Source of the DNA: Bacteriovorax stolpii
GTDB taxonomy: Bacteria > Bdellovibrionota > Bacteriovoracia > Bacteriovoracales > Bacteriovoracaceae
NCBI GenBank assembly: GCA_945905815.1
Contig: CAMDQH010000008.1
Location: forward strand, 3,126 to 67,125
Direction of reading: 5' to 3'
DNA length: 64,000 nt
The notes under the pieces were generated by a model, which did no database searches, was not told the origin of the DNA, and saw nothing but the letters and a program-made list of their open reading frames with translations. A program made the position numbers and the translations under genes. Of this stretch, positions 55,700 to 64,000 are shown piece after piece (position 1 is the stretch's first letter; the number at the start of each line of letters is the position of its first letter).

Positions 55700-56775
55700 T
55701 ATTTATGTCCTCCGGTTACAAATGGTTTTTTTACTAATTGGGCTGGATAGGCTTTATTTCGGATATCGATTGAAAATACTTCATCAGTTGGAGCTTTATC
55801 AATTTGAATTCGGGCCAGACATATACCTTTGTTAAGAACAACCGATATCGTTCCGCTGGTTACTTGGCCGATCACTTCATTCTTAGCATTGAGAACAGCA
55901 TACCCTTCACGTGGTATTCCTTTTTCAAGTATTAACTTAACTAGTTTATATTTAGCCGGTTTGCTTTCAAGTATATCTTTACCAATAAATTTTGTTTTTA
56001 GAGGTTTAACAGTCCAAGCAAGTCCTGCGTCATAAGGATTGACTTCATCATTGAGCTCATGCCCATACAGCGGATAGCAAACTTCTAGACGTAAAACATC
56101 TCGTGCAGCAAGTCCACAAGGAGTCACACCGACGGCCATAAGATTCTTCCATAAATCTTTTATGGTTTGGTGATGCCCAAAAATCTCAAAACCGTCCTCG
56201 CCGGTATAACCAGTTCTGGCAAGGATAACCGGATGAGAACCAATACTAGTTTCAAAAACGGAATAATATTCCAAATCAGGAAGTTCATTTACAAAAGATT
56301 TTAGTGTTTCTAAGGCTTTAGGACCTTGAAGAGCAAGTAGAGAGAAAACATGTGAAAGATTTGTGAAACTACAATCAAAGCCAGTCTTCTTAGTTTTCAT
56401 CCAATCGAAATCTTTTTCAATGTTGGATGCATTGACACAAATCATGACTCTTCCTGGCGCAATCTTGTAGACAATTAAATCATCCACAACCGTACCGTTT
56501 TCACGACACAGTGGAGAGTAGACAGCCTTTCCTGTAGGAGCGTTTAAAATATCATTGGTAACCAGATAATCAGCAAAGGCTTCAGCGTCTTTGCCTTCAA
56601 TAAAAAACTCGCCCATGTGCGAAACATCAAAGACGCCGACGCTATTTCTCACGGCCAATGCTTCATCTTTTACAGATGTATACTGGACTGGCATTTCCCA
56701 ACCAGCGAAGGGAACGATTTTTCCGCCAAGTTTTACGTGCTCGTCATACAGGTTAGTTCTAAGAAGCTCAGACAT
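55699..56775 (-). CDS. gcvT: glycine cleavage system aminomethyltransferase T
   Basis: 358 aa. LYDEHVKLGGKIVPFAGWEMPVQY and TGYTGEDGFEI. Confidence 0.93.
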   Translation of the reverse strand: MSELLRTNLYDEHVKLGGKIVPFAGWEMPVQYTSVKDEALAVRNSVGVFDVSHMGEFFIEGKDAEAFADYLVTNDILNAPTGKAVYSPLCRENGTVVDDLIVYKIAPGRVMICVNASNIEKDFDWMKTKKTGFDCSFTNLSHVFSLLALQGPKALETLKSFVNELPDLEYYSVFETSIGSHPVILARTGYTGEDGFEIFGHHQTIKDLWKNLMAVGVTPCGLAARDVLRLEVCYPLYGHELNDEVNPYDAGLAWTVKPLKTKFIGKDILESKPAKYKLVKLILEKGIPREGYAVLNAKNEVIGQVTSGTISVVLNKGICLARIQIDKAPTDEVFSIDIRNKAYPAQLVKKPFVTGGHK

Positions 56776-56777
56776 AT

Positions 56778-57641
56778 TTATCCTTTAATTTTAATTTCAG
56801 TTGCAGAGATTAGATTTTCAATGAGTGAGACCACAGTCATTGGTCCAACCCCGCCCGGTACAGGAGTCACCCCACCCGCAACCTGAGCGACATCTGGACC
56901 GACATCTCCAGTAAGTTTCCCATTCAAGGTATTCATCCCCACATCAATGACAATTGTTTTTTTGGCAGGGTTTAAGTGTTTCGCTTGAATGAAATGCGTT
57001 TTCCCAATGGCCGATATCAGGATATCTGCGGTCTTAGTTATCTCTTCCAGGTTCTGAGTTTTCGAATGAGCAAGAGTGACAGTGGCATTTAAATTGGAAA
57101 GTAACATGGAAAGAGGTTTACCCACGATTAAGCTGCGTCCAATTACTACTGCATGTTTTCCTGCAATTTCAACTCCGTAATATTTAAGTAAATAAATAAT
57201 ACCTTTAGGGGTGCAAGGAACCAGCAATTTGAGATCAGTACTTCCAGTGTAGATTCTTTGGGTATTTATCCCATGAAAACCATCAATATCTTTAGACGCA
57301 ATAACTAAATTGGAGAGTTTGAGCTTTTTTAAATGATCAGAAACTGGAAGCTGAATAATGATTCCATGAATTTTAGGGTCATGATTTAATTTTTCGATGT
57401 AGTTCAGAAAATCTTGTTCAGAAATATTAGAAGGAAGTTGCAATAAATTAAATGTGGCGCCAACTTCTTCGCAAATTTTTCGCTTATTTCTAATGTAGCT
57501 CAAACTTGCCGGATTATCGCCTATGAGAACGACACACATTGCGGGTATCGTACCGCGGCTTTTTAAGGCCTCACAACGAGACTTTAAGTCTATTTTCATC
57601 TGTTCCACTAAGGGAAGGGCCGGAAGTAGTTTTGCTGTCAT
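56778..57641 (-). CDS. folD: bifunctional methylenetetrahydrofolate dehydrogenase/cyclohydrolase
   Basis: 287 aa. NPASLSYIRNKRK, VIGRSLIVGKPL and GGVGPMTV. Confidence 0.93.
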   Translation of the reverse strand: MTAKLLPALPLVEQMKIDLKSRCEALKSRGTIPAMCVVLIGDNPASLSYIRNKRKICEEVGATFNLLQLPSNISEQDFLNYIEKLNHDPKIHGIIIQLPVSDHLKKLKLSNLVIASKDIDGFHGINTQRIYTGSTDLKLLVPCTPKGIIYLLKYYGVEIAGKHAVVIGRSLIVGKPLSMLLSNLNATVTLAHSKTQNLEEITKTADILISAIGKTHFIQAKHLNPAKKTIVIDVGMNTLNGKLTGDVGPDVAQVAGGVTPVPGGVGPMTVVSLIENLISATEIKIKG

Positions 57642-57719
57642 ATATAGATAGCAAAACTATAGTAGGGGATTTGTAAAAAGTCCTTTCTTATTTAATATTC
57701 GTGCAGTATCTGTTTATAG

Positions 57720-57899
57720 ATGAAAGCAAAATTCTATATAGGTTTTGGCATGCAACTTTTCGGTCTAATTGCCGTAGGGCTCTGCCTTATTTCTGGACTT
57801 AAAAATGGCGATTACGGGAAATTCGAATTGGCCCAGCTAGTTATTGGTTCTTTTGTCTTTTATGTTGGAAATTATTTAAAAGGCCGTTCTCTCGGCTAG
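57720..57899 (+). CDS. possible small two-helix membrane protein (59 aa, below the ORF-track cutoff)
   Basis: Hand translation gives MKAKFYIGFGMQLFGLIAVGLCLISGLKNGDYGKFELAQLVIGSFVFYVGNYLKGRSLG*. No clear SD. Confidence 0.3.
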   Translation: MKAKFYIGFGMQLFGLIAVGLCLISGLKNGDYGKFELAQLVIGSFVFYVGNYLKGRSLG

Positions 57900-57934
57900 A
57901 CGCCACATTCTTTTCTCCTGTACAATTTCCGTAC

Positions 57935-58507
57935 ATGATTGTTTTAGCCATCGATCCAGGATCAGTTACCGCCGGTTATGCCCTTCTGCAACAAGAGGGT
58001 AGAAAAATTAATTACATAACATCTGGTATTTTAAAGTTTAATAGCGATAACGAATTCTTGCATCGGGTAAAAGACATTTACGACCAGACATTGAAGCTAA
58101 TTGACCAACACTCGCCAGATGAAATTGCGCTTGAGTCTTTGATCTTTGTAAAAAGTCCAACTGCACTAATCAAGCTTGCACAGTCACGTGGAACCATGCT
58201 TGCGGCGCTAACTCAGAAATATCATCAGAAAATTTTTGAATATTCTCCCAATTTGGTGAAATCAACTGTTACTGGCCATGGGCATACAGATAAAGAAGGT
58301 ATTCAAAAAGTACTTCAGCAATATCTAGGGCTCACTAATTTTAAAACTCACGATGAAAGTGATGCTGTTGCAATTGCTCTCTGCCATTTACTCCATCACA
58401 ATGTACAAAAGATAAATATTCCCAAAAAGAAGAAAACTTCTTCAAAGAAATTTGGAAATGGTCTCGCTTCGGCTTTGGCCCATAAAATTAAGGATAAAGT
58501 CGTATGA
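57935..58507 (+). CDS. ruvC: Holliday junction resolvase RuvC
   Basis: 190 aa. LAIDPGS...GYA, ESLIF and HDESDAVAIA catalytic acidic residues, followed by a K-rich tail. Confidence 0.92.
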   Translation: MIVLAIDPGSVTAGYALLQQEGRKINYITSGILKFNSDNEFLHRVKDIYDQTLKLIDQHSPDEIALESLIFVKSPTALIKLAQSRGTMLAALTQKYHQKIFEYSPNLVKSTVTGHGHTDKEGIQKVLQQYLGLTNFKTHDESDAVAIALCHLLHHNVQKINIPKKKKTSSKKFGNGLASALAHKIKDKVV

Positions 58508-59118
58508 TTGGCTATATTTCTGGAACAGTTGTTTATTCTGATTCTCAAAAATCTATTATTCTCACCGCTCAAGGTGTGGGCTATGAAGTCAGTACATCAA
58601 CCCCTATGGTACCCAACCGTGACGTCGCCTTATTTATCTCCCATATTATCCGTGAAACCACACAAGATCTTTATGGCTTTGAAACGGCAGATGATAAAAA
58701 GTTTTTTGAAATGCTTCTAGATGTAAATGGAATTGGGCCTAAATCGGCATTCTCTTTACTCTCTCATCTGGGCGTTCAACAGATTATCACCGCAATTACT
58801 TTTGATAATGTAGACGTGCTCAAATCTGCACCAGGTGTTGGTAAAAAAAGTGCCGAGCAAATGATATTGTCGCTTAAAGATAAAATCTCAAAGCTTGAAA
58901 TTGGTTTCTCAACTAAAGAAAAGCCTGTTAAAGCAGGTGTTAAAGTTTCTGCTGAAAATAAACAGGATGCCTTGCTGGTGAAAGAAACTCTTGCAGCTTG
59001 TCAGGGATTAGGTTTTAAAGACCAAGATGTTCTTCCTATGATTCAGAAACATTTACAGAGCGGCTTCGCTGACAAACCGGAAGATTTAGTGAAAATCATT
59101 CTACAAGAGTTAAGGTAA
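58504..59118 (+). CDS. ruvA: Holliday junction branch migration protein RuvA
   Basis: 204 aa. MIGYISG..., HhH motifs (VNGIGPKSAF, APGVGKKSAEQM). Confidence 0.9.
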   Translation: MIGYISGTVVYSDSQKSIILTAQGVGYEVSTSTPMVPNRDVALFISHIIRETTQDLYGFETADDKKFFEMLLDVNGIGPKSAFSLLSHLGVQQIITAITFDNVDVLKSAPGVGKKSAEQMILSLKDKISKLEIGFSTKEKPVKAGVKVSAENKQDALLVKETLAACQGLGFKDQDVLPMIQKHLQSGFADKPEDLVKIILQELR

Positions 59119-59121
59119 TTC

Positions 59122-60105
59122 ATGGCCGACAGAATTGTTGCTGGTGATTTTACTCAAAATGATCGTGAACAAGAAGTTCAGCTTCGACCACAGAACTTTT
59201 CGGAATTTATTGGTCAGCAGAAAGTCGTCGATAATATTGATCTAATGGTTAAGTCTTCCATATTGAGAAATACGGCCATGGATCACGTGCTTCTTTCTGG
59301 ACCTCCGGGCCTGGGCAAGACGTCACTTGCGATGCTTATTTCTAAAGCTTTAGGATCGGAACTTCATTTGGTTTCGGGTCCAGCAATTGAAAAAAAGGGT
59401 GATATCGCCGCGGTTTTAACGAATCTAAAACCTAAAGACGTACTATTTATCGATGAAATTCATCGCATGCATATTACGGTTGAAGAAATACTTTATTCGG
59501 CAATGGAAGATTTTCGGCTTGATATTCTTATTGGCCAAGGTGCTTCGGCGCGAACCATGCAAATTGATTTGACTCCGTTCACGTTAATTGGGGCTACCAC
59601 TCGCTCAGGATTATTATCAAACCCATTGCGTGATCGCTTTATGGCGCATTTAAATTTTGATTTTTATGAGCCAGACATGTTGGCCAAAATCCTCATGAAT
59701 AACGCTCGTAAAATGAACCTCAACATGTCTGAAGAAGCAAAGATGCAAATTGCTAAACGCTCCCGAGGAACTCCAAGGATTGCGAACAGAATTTTACGGA
59801 GAGTGAGAGACTTTGCCTTAGTTAATAATTCCAAGCAGGTTGAATATAAAGAAGTTGAGGCGGCCCTAAGACTTCTAGATATTGATGATTTGGGTCTTGA
59901 TTCTATGGACCGTAAAATTCTTTCAGTGATGAAGAATTATTATCAAGGTGGACCAGTAGGGATCGAAGCACTCGCTGCGACTTTAGGAGAAGATAAGCAA
60001 ACGATAGAAGAAGTTTATGAGCCTTATTTATTAAAAGAAGGGCTAATTTTAAGAACACCTAGAGGTCGGGTATTATCGGAAAAAGCACTCCAGCAGATCA
60101 GTTAG
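59122..60105 (+). CDS. ruvB: Holliday junction DNA helicase RuvB
   Basis: 327 aa. LRPQNFSEFIGQ, GPPGLGKTS, FIDEIHR and RGTPRIANRILRRVRD. Confidence 0.95.
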   Translation: MADRIVAGDFTQNDREQEVQLRPQNFSEFIGQQKVVDNIDLMVKSSILRNTAMDHVLLSGPPGLGKTSLAMLISKALGSELHLVSGPAIEKKGDIAAVLTNLKPKDVLFIDEIHRMHITVEEILYSAMEDFRLDILIGQGASARTMQIDLTPFTLIGATTRSGLLSNPLRDRFMAHLNFDFYEPDMLAKILMNNARKMNLNMSEEAKMQIAKRSRGTPRIANRILRRVRDFALVNNSKQVEYKEVEAALRLLDIDDLGLDSMDRKILSVMKNYYQGGPVGIEALAATLGEDKQTIEEVYEPYLLKEGLILRTPRGRVLSEKALQQIS

Positions 60106-60254
60106 AACGGTGTTTCTAGGACCACTTAAGATTGGAAACTTGAATCATCCGATCAATAAGGTCGGTCATTAATACGTAGAGCACAATTTTCTTGACCACA
60201 AATTGATAAAATTCGTTTATAATAGATAGCAGTCGTCTTTTTATAAGGTTATCA

Positions 60255-61172
60255 ATGATTTATCAGCGAACACTGGCCAAAGAAGTTAAAGTGACCGGAA
60301 TCGGGCTCCACTCAGGTAAAAAAGTTACTATGAAGCTTATTCCTCAGAATACTGACTTCGGTATTCAATTCATTCGTACTGATATTTTAAATGCACAACC
60401 TATGAAGGCCAATGCTCTAACAGTTGGAACAACTGAAAATGCCACGACTCTTGGCTCTGGAGCAGAAGCTGTTCACACAGTGGAACATTTACTGGGAACT
60501 TTTTACGGCTTGGGTATTAATAACGTCTTGATTGAAATTGATGGCCCCGAAGTTCCTATTATGGACGGCTCAGGTGCATCGTTTGTTTTCCTACTTAAAG
60601 AAACCGGCATCAAAAACCTCAATAAAGTCAAAAAATTTCTGGTTATTCTAGATACGGTTAGGGTTGAAAAAGATGGAAAGTGGGCCCAATTTGAGCCTCA
60701 CTCTAATCTTTTGATTGATTCAACGATTGTTTTTGCTCATCCGGCCATTAAAACTCAGCGTTTTGGTTTTGAGTTCTCATGTGAGAACTTTATTAATGAT
60801 ATTGCCCGCGCTCGTACCTTCGGTTTTGCAAAAGATGTGGATATGCTGAAACGCAAAGGCTTGATTAAGGGTGGATCCCTGGATAATGCCATTGTGTTAG
60901 ATGACTATAAAGTGATGAATACTGAAGGGCTTCGTTTTCATAATGAATTTGTTCGTCATAAAATTCTGGATACCATTGGTGATATTAGCCTTTTAGGTTA
61001 TGAAATTGCTGGAAAGATAACGACTTACAAGTCTGGTCACAACCTTCATAATCTTTTGTGCCGTAAACTTCTTGAAACACCGTCGGCCTATGAAATTGTT
61101 TCTGCTTCTGCTCTCAAAGCCGAGGCGCGTGAAGCTCATAAATTGCCACAATTTATTACAGTTTCTCACTGA
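60255..61172 (+). CDS. lpxC: UDP-3-O-acyl-N-acetylglucosamine deacetylase
   Basis: 305 aa. GIGLHSGK, TVEHLL, FVRHKILDTIGD and SGHNLH. Confidence 0.93.
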   Translation: MIYQRTLAKEVKVTGIGLHSGKKVTMKLIPQNTDFGIQFIRTDILNAQPMKANALTVGTTENATTLGSGAEAVHTVEHLLGTFYGLGINNVLIEIDGPEVPIMDGSGASFVFLLKETGIKNLNKVKKFLVILDTVRVEKDGKWAQFEPHSNLLIDSTIVFAHPAIKTQRFGFEFSCENFINDIARARTFGFAKDVDMLKRKGLIKGGSLDNAIVLDDYKVMNTEGLRFHNEFVRHKILDTIGDISLLGYEIAGKITTYKSGHNLHNLLCRKLLETPSAYEIVSASALKAEAREAHKLPQFITVSH

Positions 61173-61228
61173 TATTTCCCAATCTATGTTGTTTAAGCTA
61201 ACATTCTGGAATTACCAAGGTGGGATTA

Positions 61229-61606
61229 ATGCGTCTATTTATAGGTCTTCTACTTATATCGTTCAATCTTCTTGCTTCTGATTGGACTGATCTTGAAGAA
61301 AAACAGAAATACATACTCACTCAATCATTTCAATTACCTCAATTGGAAAGAAGCGGTTCTTTTATGGAATTCACAGCTGGTGATGAAGTCGTCTTGAGTG
61401 AAATTATTGGTTTGGATACGATCAATGTCGTATTATTTAAATTTAATTACAAAAAATGTCCAGGTCCAGAGATGAAGACTGAGATGGAAATCATCCCTGT
61501 TAAGAATACTTCGCCCGTGGTAGAAGTGGGCGCACAACTAGAAAATTGCTCACTTGAAATCTTCATTGAGACTAAAGACTTAATGAGGGCGAGTTTTTTT
61601 GAATAA
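61229..61606 (+). CDS. hypothetical secreted protein
   Basis: ATG 61229 with a GGTGG SD. Signal peptide MRLFIGLLLISFNLLAS. Confidence 0.5.
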   Translation: MRLFIGLLLISFNLLASDWTDLEEKQKYILTQSFQLPQLERSGSFMEFTAGDEVVLSEIIGLDTINVVLFKFNYKKCPGPEMKTEMEIIPVKNTSPVVEVGAQLENCSLEIFIETKDLMRASFFE

Positions 61607-61615
61607 CGAGGCTTT

Positions 61616-63346
61616 ATGCGACTGTCCCAAGGCTTTTGGCAAACTCTAAAAGAAACACCTTCTGATGCCGATATTGTTTCTCAGCAACTTATGATGAGAG
61701 CAGGTTTGATGTATAAAACCGGAGCTGGGTTATACACCTATCTTCCAATGGCATTCAAATCTCTGAAGAAAATTGAAAAAATTATTCGCGAAGAGCTCGA
61801 TAAAATAAATTGCTTTGAAATCCAAATGCCGGTTATGACTCCTGCTGAGTTGTGGCAGGAAACGGGACGTTTGGAGGCCATGGGCGGCCAAATGCTTAGA
61901 GTAAAAGACCGCGCAGAAAGAGAAATTTGTTTTTCTCCTACCAATGAAGAAACAGTAACGGATCTTTTTCGCCGTACTGTAAATTCTTATAAGCAACTTC
62001 CTGTTTGTTTGTACCAAATAAACACCAAGTTTCGTGACGAAATCCGTCCACGTTTCGGCTTGATGCGTGCACGTGAATTCACAATGAAAGATGGTTATTC
62101 ATTTCATATGGATAAGGCTTCACTCGATAAGTTTTATGATGAAATGTATGTAGCTTATGAAAACATTTTTAAACGTCTTGGGCTAGACTTCATTATAGTC
62201 GAAGCTGACGGTGGTGCAATGGCAGCTGGTGGTGCTAAAACTCACGAATTCCAAGTTGTTGCGGATAGTGGTGAAGACTACGTTGTGACAGTTCCTAAAA
62301 CGGGATTTGCCGCTAATATTGAAAAAGCCATGACCCTTCGTAAAAATATAACTTTTGCACCAGCTACAGATATTGCGAAATTTGCAACTCCAAATCAGAA
62401 AACTTGCGAAGAAGTTTGTGCAGCTCACGGATTCCCCATCACTCAAAGTTTAAAATCATTAGTTATGCACGCATTGATCAATAATAAAGATCAATACTTT
62501 ATGGTCATGCTTTTGGGCGATGATTCTCTGAATGAAGTGAAATTTAAAAATAAAGTTTCTGCTGAACATATTCGTCCTGCCCAGCAAGCTGAATTGGAAA
62601 AACTTGGTCTGATTAAAGGTTTCATGGGTCCTTCTACAACTGCAGAAGGCTTTAAAGTTATCTTTGATGAAGCGATTGATATGAATTGTTCTTATGTTGT
62701 TGGAGCAAATGAGCCGGATCATCACTTAAAAGGTTTTGTTCCTTCACGTGATACCAAGCCAAAAAACTTTCGCGCAGATATGAGAATGACTAAAGAAGGG
62801 GACTTCATCGGTGACGATCAGATTGTTCTTAAAAAAGGCATTGAAGTCGGTCACATTTTCCAGCTTGGTGACAAATATACCAAATCGATGAAAGTCACTG
62901 TTCTTAATGATCAAGGAAAAGGTGTAACACCTCTTATGGGCTGTTACGGAATCGGAGTTACCCGCGTTCTTGCTTCAGCAATTGAACAAAGTAACGATAA
63001 AGATGGAATCATATTCCCGGCCTCTATTTCTCCATATGATATTTACCTGGGATACATTGGAAAAACTCCAGAAACGAAACAAGTGGTAGAAGATATTTAT
63101 ATTGACCTAAAAAAAGCCGGCTATGAGATCCTCTTTGATGATCGTCAACTTGGCCCAGGTAGTATGTTTAAAGATGCCGATCTTATTGGTTTACCAGTAA
63201 GAATTATCCTTGGAGAGCGCGACTTTAACGTTGATGGAATGATTGAAGTTAAAGTACGTAAAACCGGTGAAACACTAAAATGCACGAAAGATGCTTTAGC
63301 TGCTACGGTTAAACAGAAACTTCAAGAGTTGGGCAAATGGAATTAG
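61616..63346 (+). CDS. proS: proline--tRNA ligase (bacterial type with editing insertion)
   Basis: 576 aa with class II motifs (FRDEIRPRFGLMRAREFTMKD, GCYGIGVTR). Confidence 0.95.
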   Translation: MRLSQGFWQTLKETPSDADIVSQQLMMRAGLMYKTGAGLYTYLPMAFKSLKKIEKIIREELDKINCFEIQMPVMTPAELWQETGRLEAMGGQMLRVKDRAEREICFSPTNEETVTDLFRRTVNSYKQLPVCLYQINTKFRDEIRPRFGLMRAREFTMKDGYSFHMDKASLDKFYDEMYVAYENIFKRLGLDFIIVEADGGAMAAGGAKTHEFQVVADSGEDYVVTVPKTGFAANIEKAMTLRKNITFAPATDIAKFATPNQKTCEEVCAAHGFPITQSLKSLVMHALINNKDQYFMVMLLGDDSLNEVKFKNKVSAEHIRPAQQAELEKLGLIKGFMGPSTTAEGFKVIFDEAIDMNCSYVVGANEPDHHLKGFVPSRDTKPKNFRADMRMTKEGDFIGDDQIVLKKGIEVGHIFQLGDKYTKSMKVTVLNDQGKGVTPLMGCYGIGVTRVLASAIEQSNDKDGIIFPASISPYDIYLGYIGKTPETKQVVEDIYIDLKKAGYEILFDDRQLGPGSMFKDADLIGLPVRIILGERDFNVDGMIEVKVRKTGETLKCTKDALAATVKQKLQELGKWN

Positions 63347-64000
63347 ATTTTGAATTGATTTTTGGGCTTCATAGTATTGCAGCCGCTCTTAAAAATACTT
63401 CTCGTGTACATCAGAAGCTTGTTGCAACTGATGAAGGCTTGATGGAACTGCAGCGTAAGCACAATATCAATCCTCGAAATTTGAAAGTAGAGATTCAAAT
63501 TCTCGCCGGCCACGAATTGCAGGAATCTGCTAAGTTTTTATGCATGGAAATGGATGTGGAATTCTTCCGAGTACCTGGTGGAATCTATTTGCAAACATCT
63601 CCTCTGGAAACATACGGAATACAGGAATTTTTAAAACGTCCAAATTCAAAACTATTGGCCCTGGATCAAATCACTGATGTCCATAATGGTGCAGCTATTC
63701 TGAGATCAGCTTGTTTCTACGGTATCAATGGTGTCCTCATTCCTTCTTCTAAATCTTTTGGATTAACTCCCTCTTTTTATAGGATTGCGTCCGGCGCGAC
63801 TGAATATGTGAATTTAATTCGCGTTAGTTCTCTTAGTAAGGCCGTTGGGCAATTAAATGATGCTGGTTATATGACAGTTGGATTATCTGAACATTCTTCA
63901 GAAAATCTTACGCAGTCAGACCTAAGGACCCAAAAGAAAATTTGTTTGCTGCTGGGAGCCGAAGAAACTGGATTATCGAACGCTGTTGGAAGACTTGTGC
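63338..64000 (+). CDS. SpoU/TrmH-family RNA 2'-O-methyltransferase (RlmB-like), 3' end cut by window edge
   Basis: Hand translation from ATG 63338 gives MELDFELIFGLHSIAAALKN...LDQITDVHNGAAILRSACFYG...LLLGAEETGLS. The start overlaps the proS end. There is no stop in the window, so it is absent from the track. Confidence 0.78.

Noticed and set aside
57642-57720. Expected glycine or THF riboswitch upstream of folD-gcvT-gcvH
   Set aside because: I read both strands and saw none of the conserved glycine-riboswitch core segments. The region is short and AT-rich.
60192-60223. TTGACC ... TATAAT as the lpxC promoter, and a similar TTGATC ... CATAAT upstream of the kinase gene at about 10465-10496
   Set aside because: Counting gives 20-nt spacers in both cases, which is too long for a confident sigma-70 call.
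1-64000. CRISPR arrays, IS elements, prophage or defence-island signatures
   Set aside because: I noticed no direct-repeat/spacer arrays, transposase or integrase-like ORFs, terminal inverted repeats or clusters of nuclease/helicase/methylase genes. This judgement is by eye only and is not a computed repeat search.

Overview
AT-rich, very gene-dense chromosomal window from a flagellated Gram-negative bacterium (LpxC, BamD, Lgt/LspA, Slt and a class A PBP are present). The gene content and protein style remind me of Bdellovibrionota/Bacteriovoracaceae, but I cannot verify that. I call about 75 protein genes and one tRNA-Asn. I saw no rRNA, CRISPR array, IS element, integrase or prophage signature. 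Left to right: slt (cut by the window edge), mrp/apbC, then the minus-strand block acd-etfB-etfA-folK. Next come a deoxynucleoside kinase, a LysM lipoprotein, an AmgK/MurU-like peptidoglycan-recycling pair and small ferredoxins. A CHASE2 histidine kinase and a sigma-54 response regulator appear co-transcribed with lspA and lgt. These are followed by fused isobutyryl-CoA mutase IcmF with a PduO-type adenosyltransferase, then grxB, erpA and a YgfZ::TPR fusion, then a HExxH-motif gene abutting tRNA-Asn. After that come astA, a cNMP-binding protein, an AI-2E transporter and bamD. A large minus-strand flagellar block follows: flgF-G-A-H-I, then flgJ'(rod-binding)-flgM-flgN-flgK-flgL-csrA-fliW. The window ends with xseB, PBP1A, a TonB-family protein, folD-gcvT-gcvH, ruvCAB, lpxC, proS and a partial SpoU-type methyltransferase. 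Most of this is ordinary core genome and I found no convincing novel multi-gene system. The items most worth a second look are: (1) regulatory wiring of the flagellar block that can be read directly from the DNA, namely a near-consensus sigma-54 promoter, a sigma-28-like promoter, twin CAGGATG CsrA-type motifs in the flgM-operon leader, and a hairpin between csrA and fliW; (2) a HExxH-motif protein gene starting 7 nt after the CCA end of tRNA-Asn; (3) a two-component system in one apparent operon with lspA and lgt, followed by a degenerate signal-peptidase-I-like membrane protein. Coordinates of RNA and regulatory features were hand-counted and may be off by 1-2 nt.
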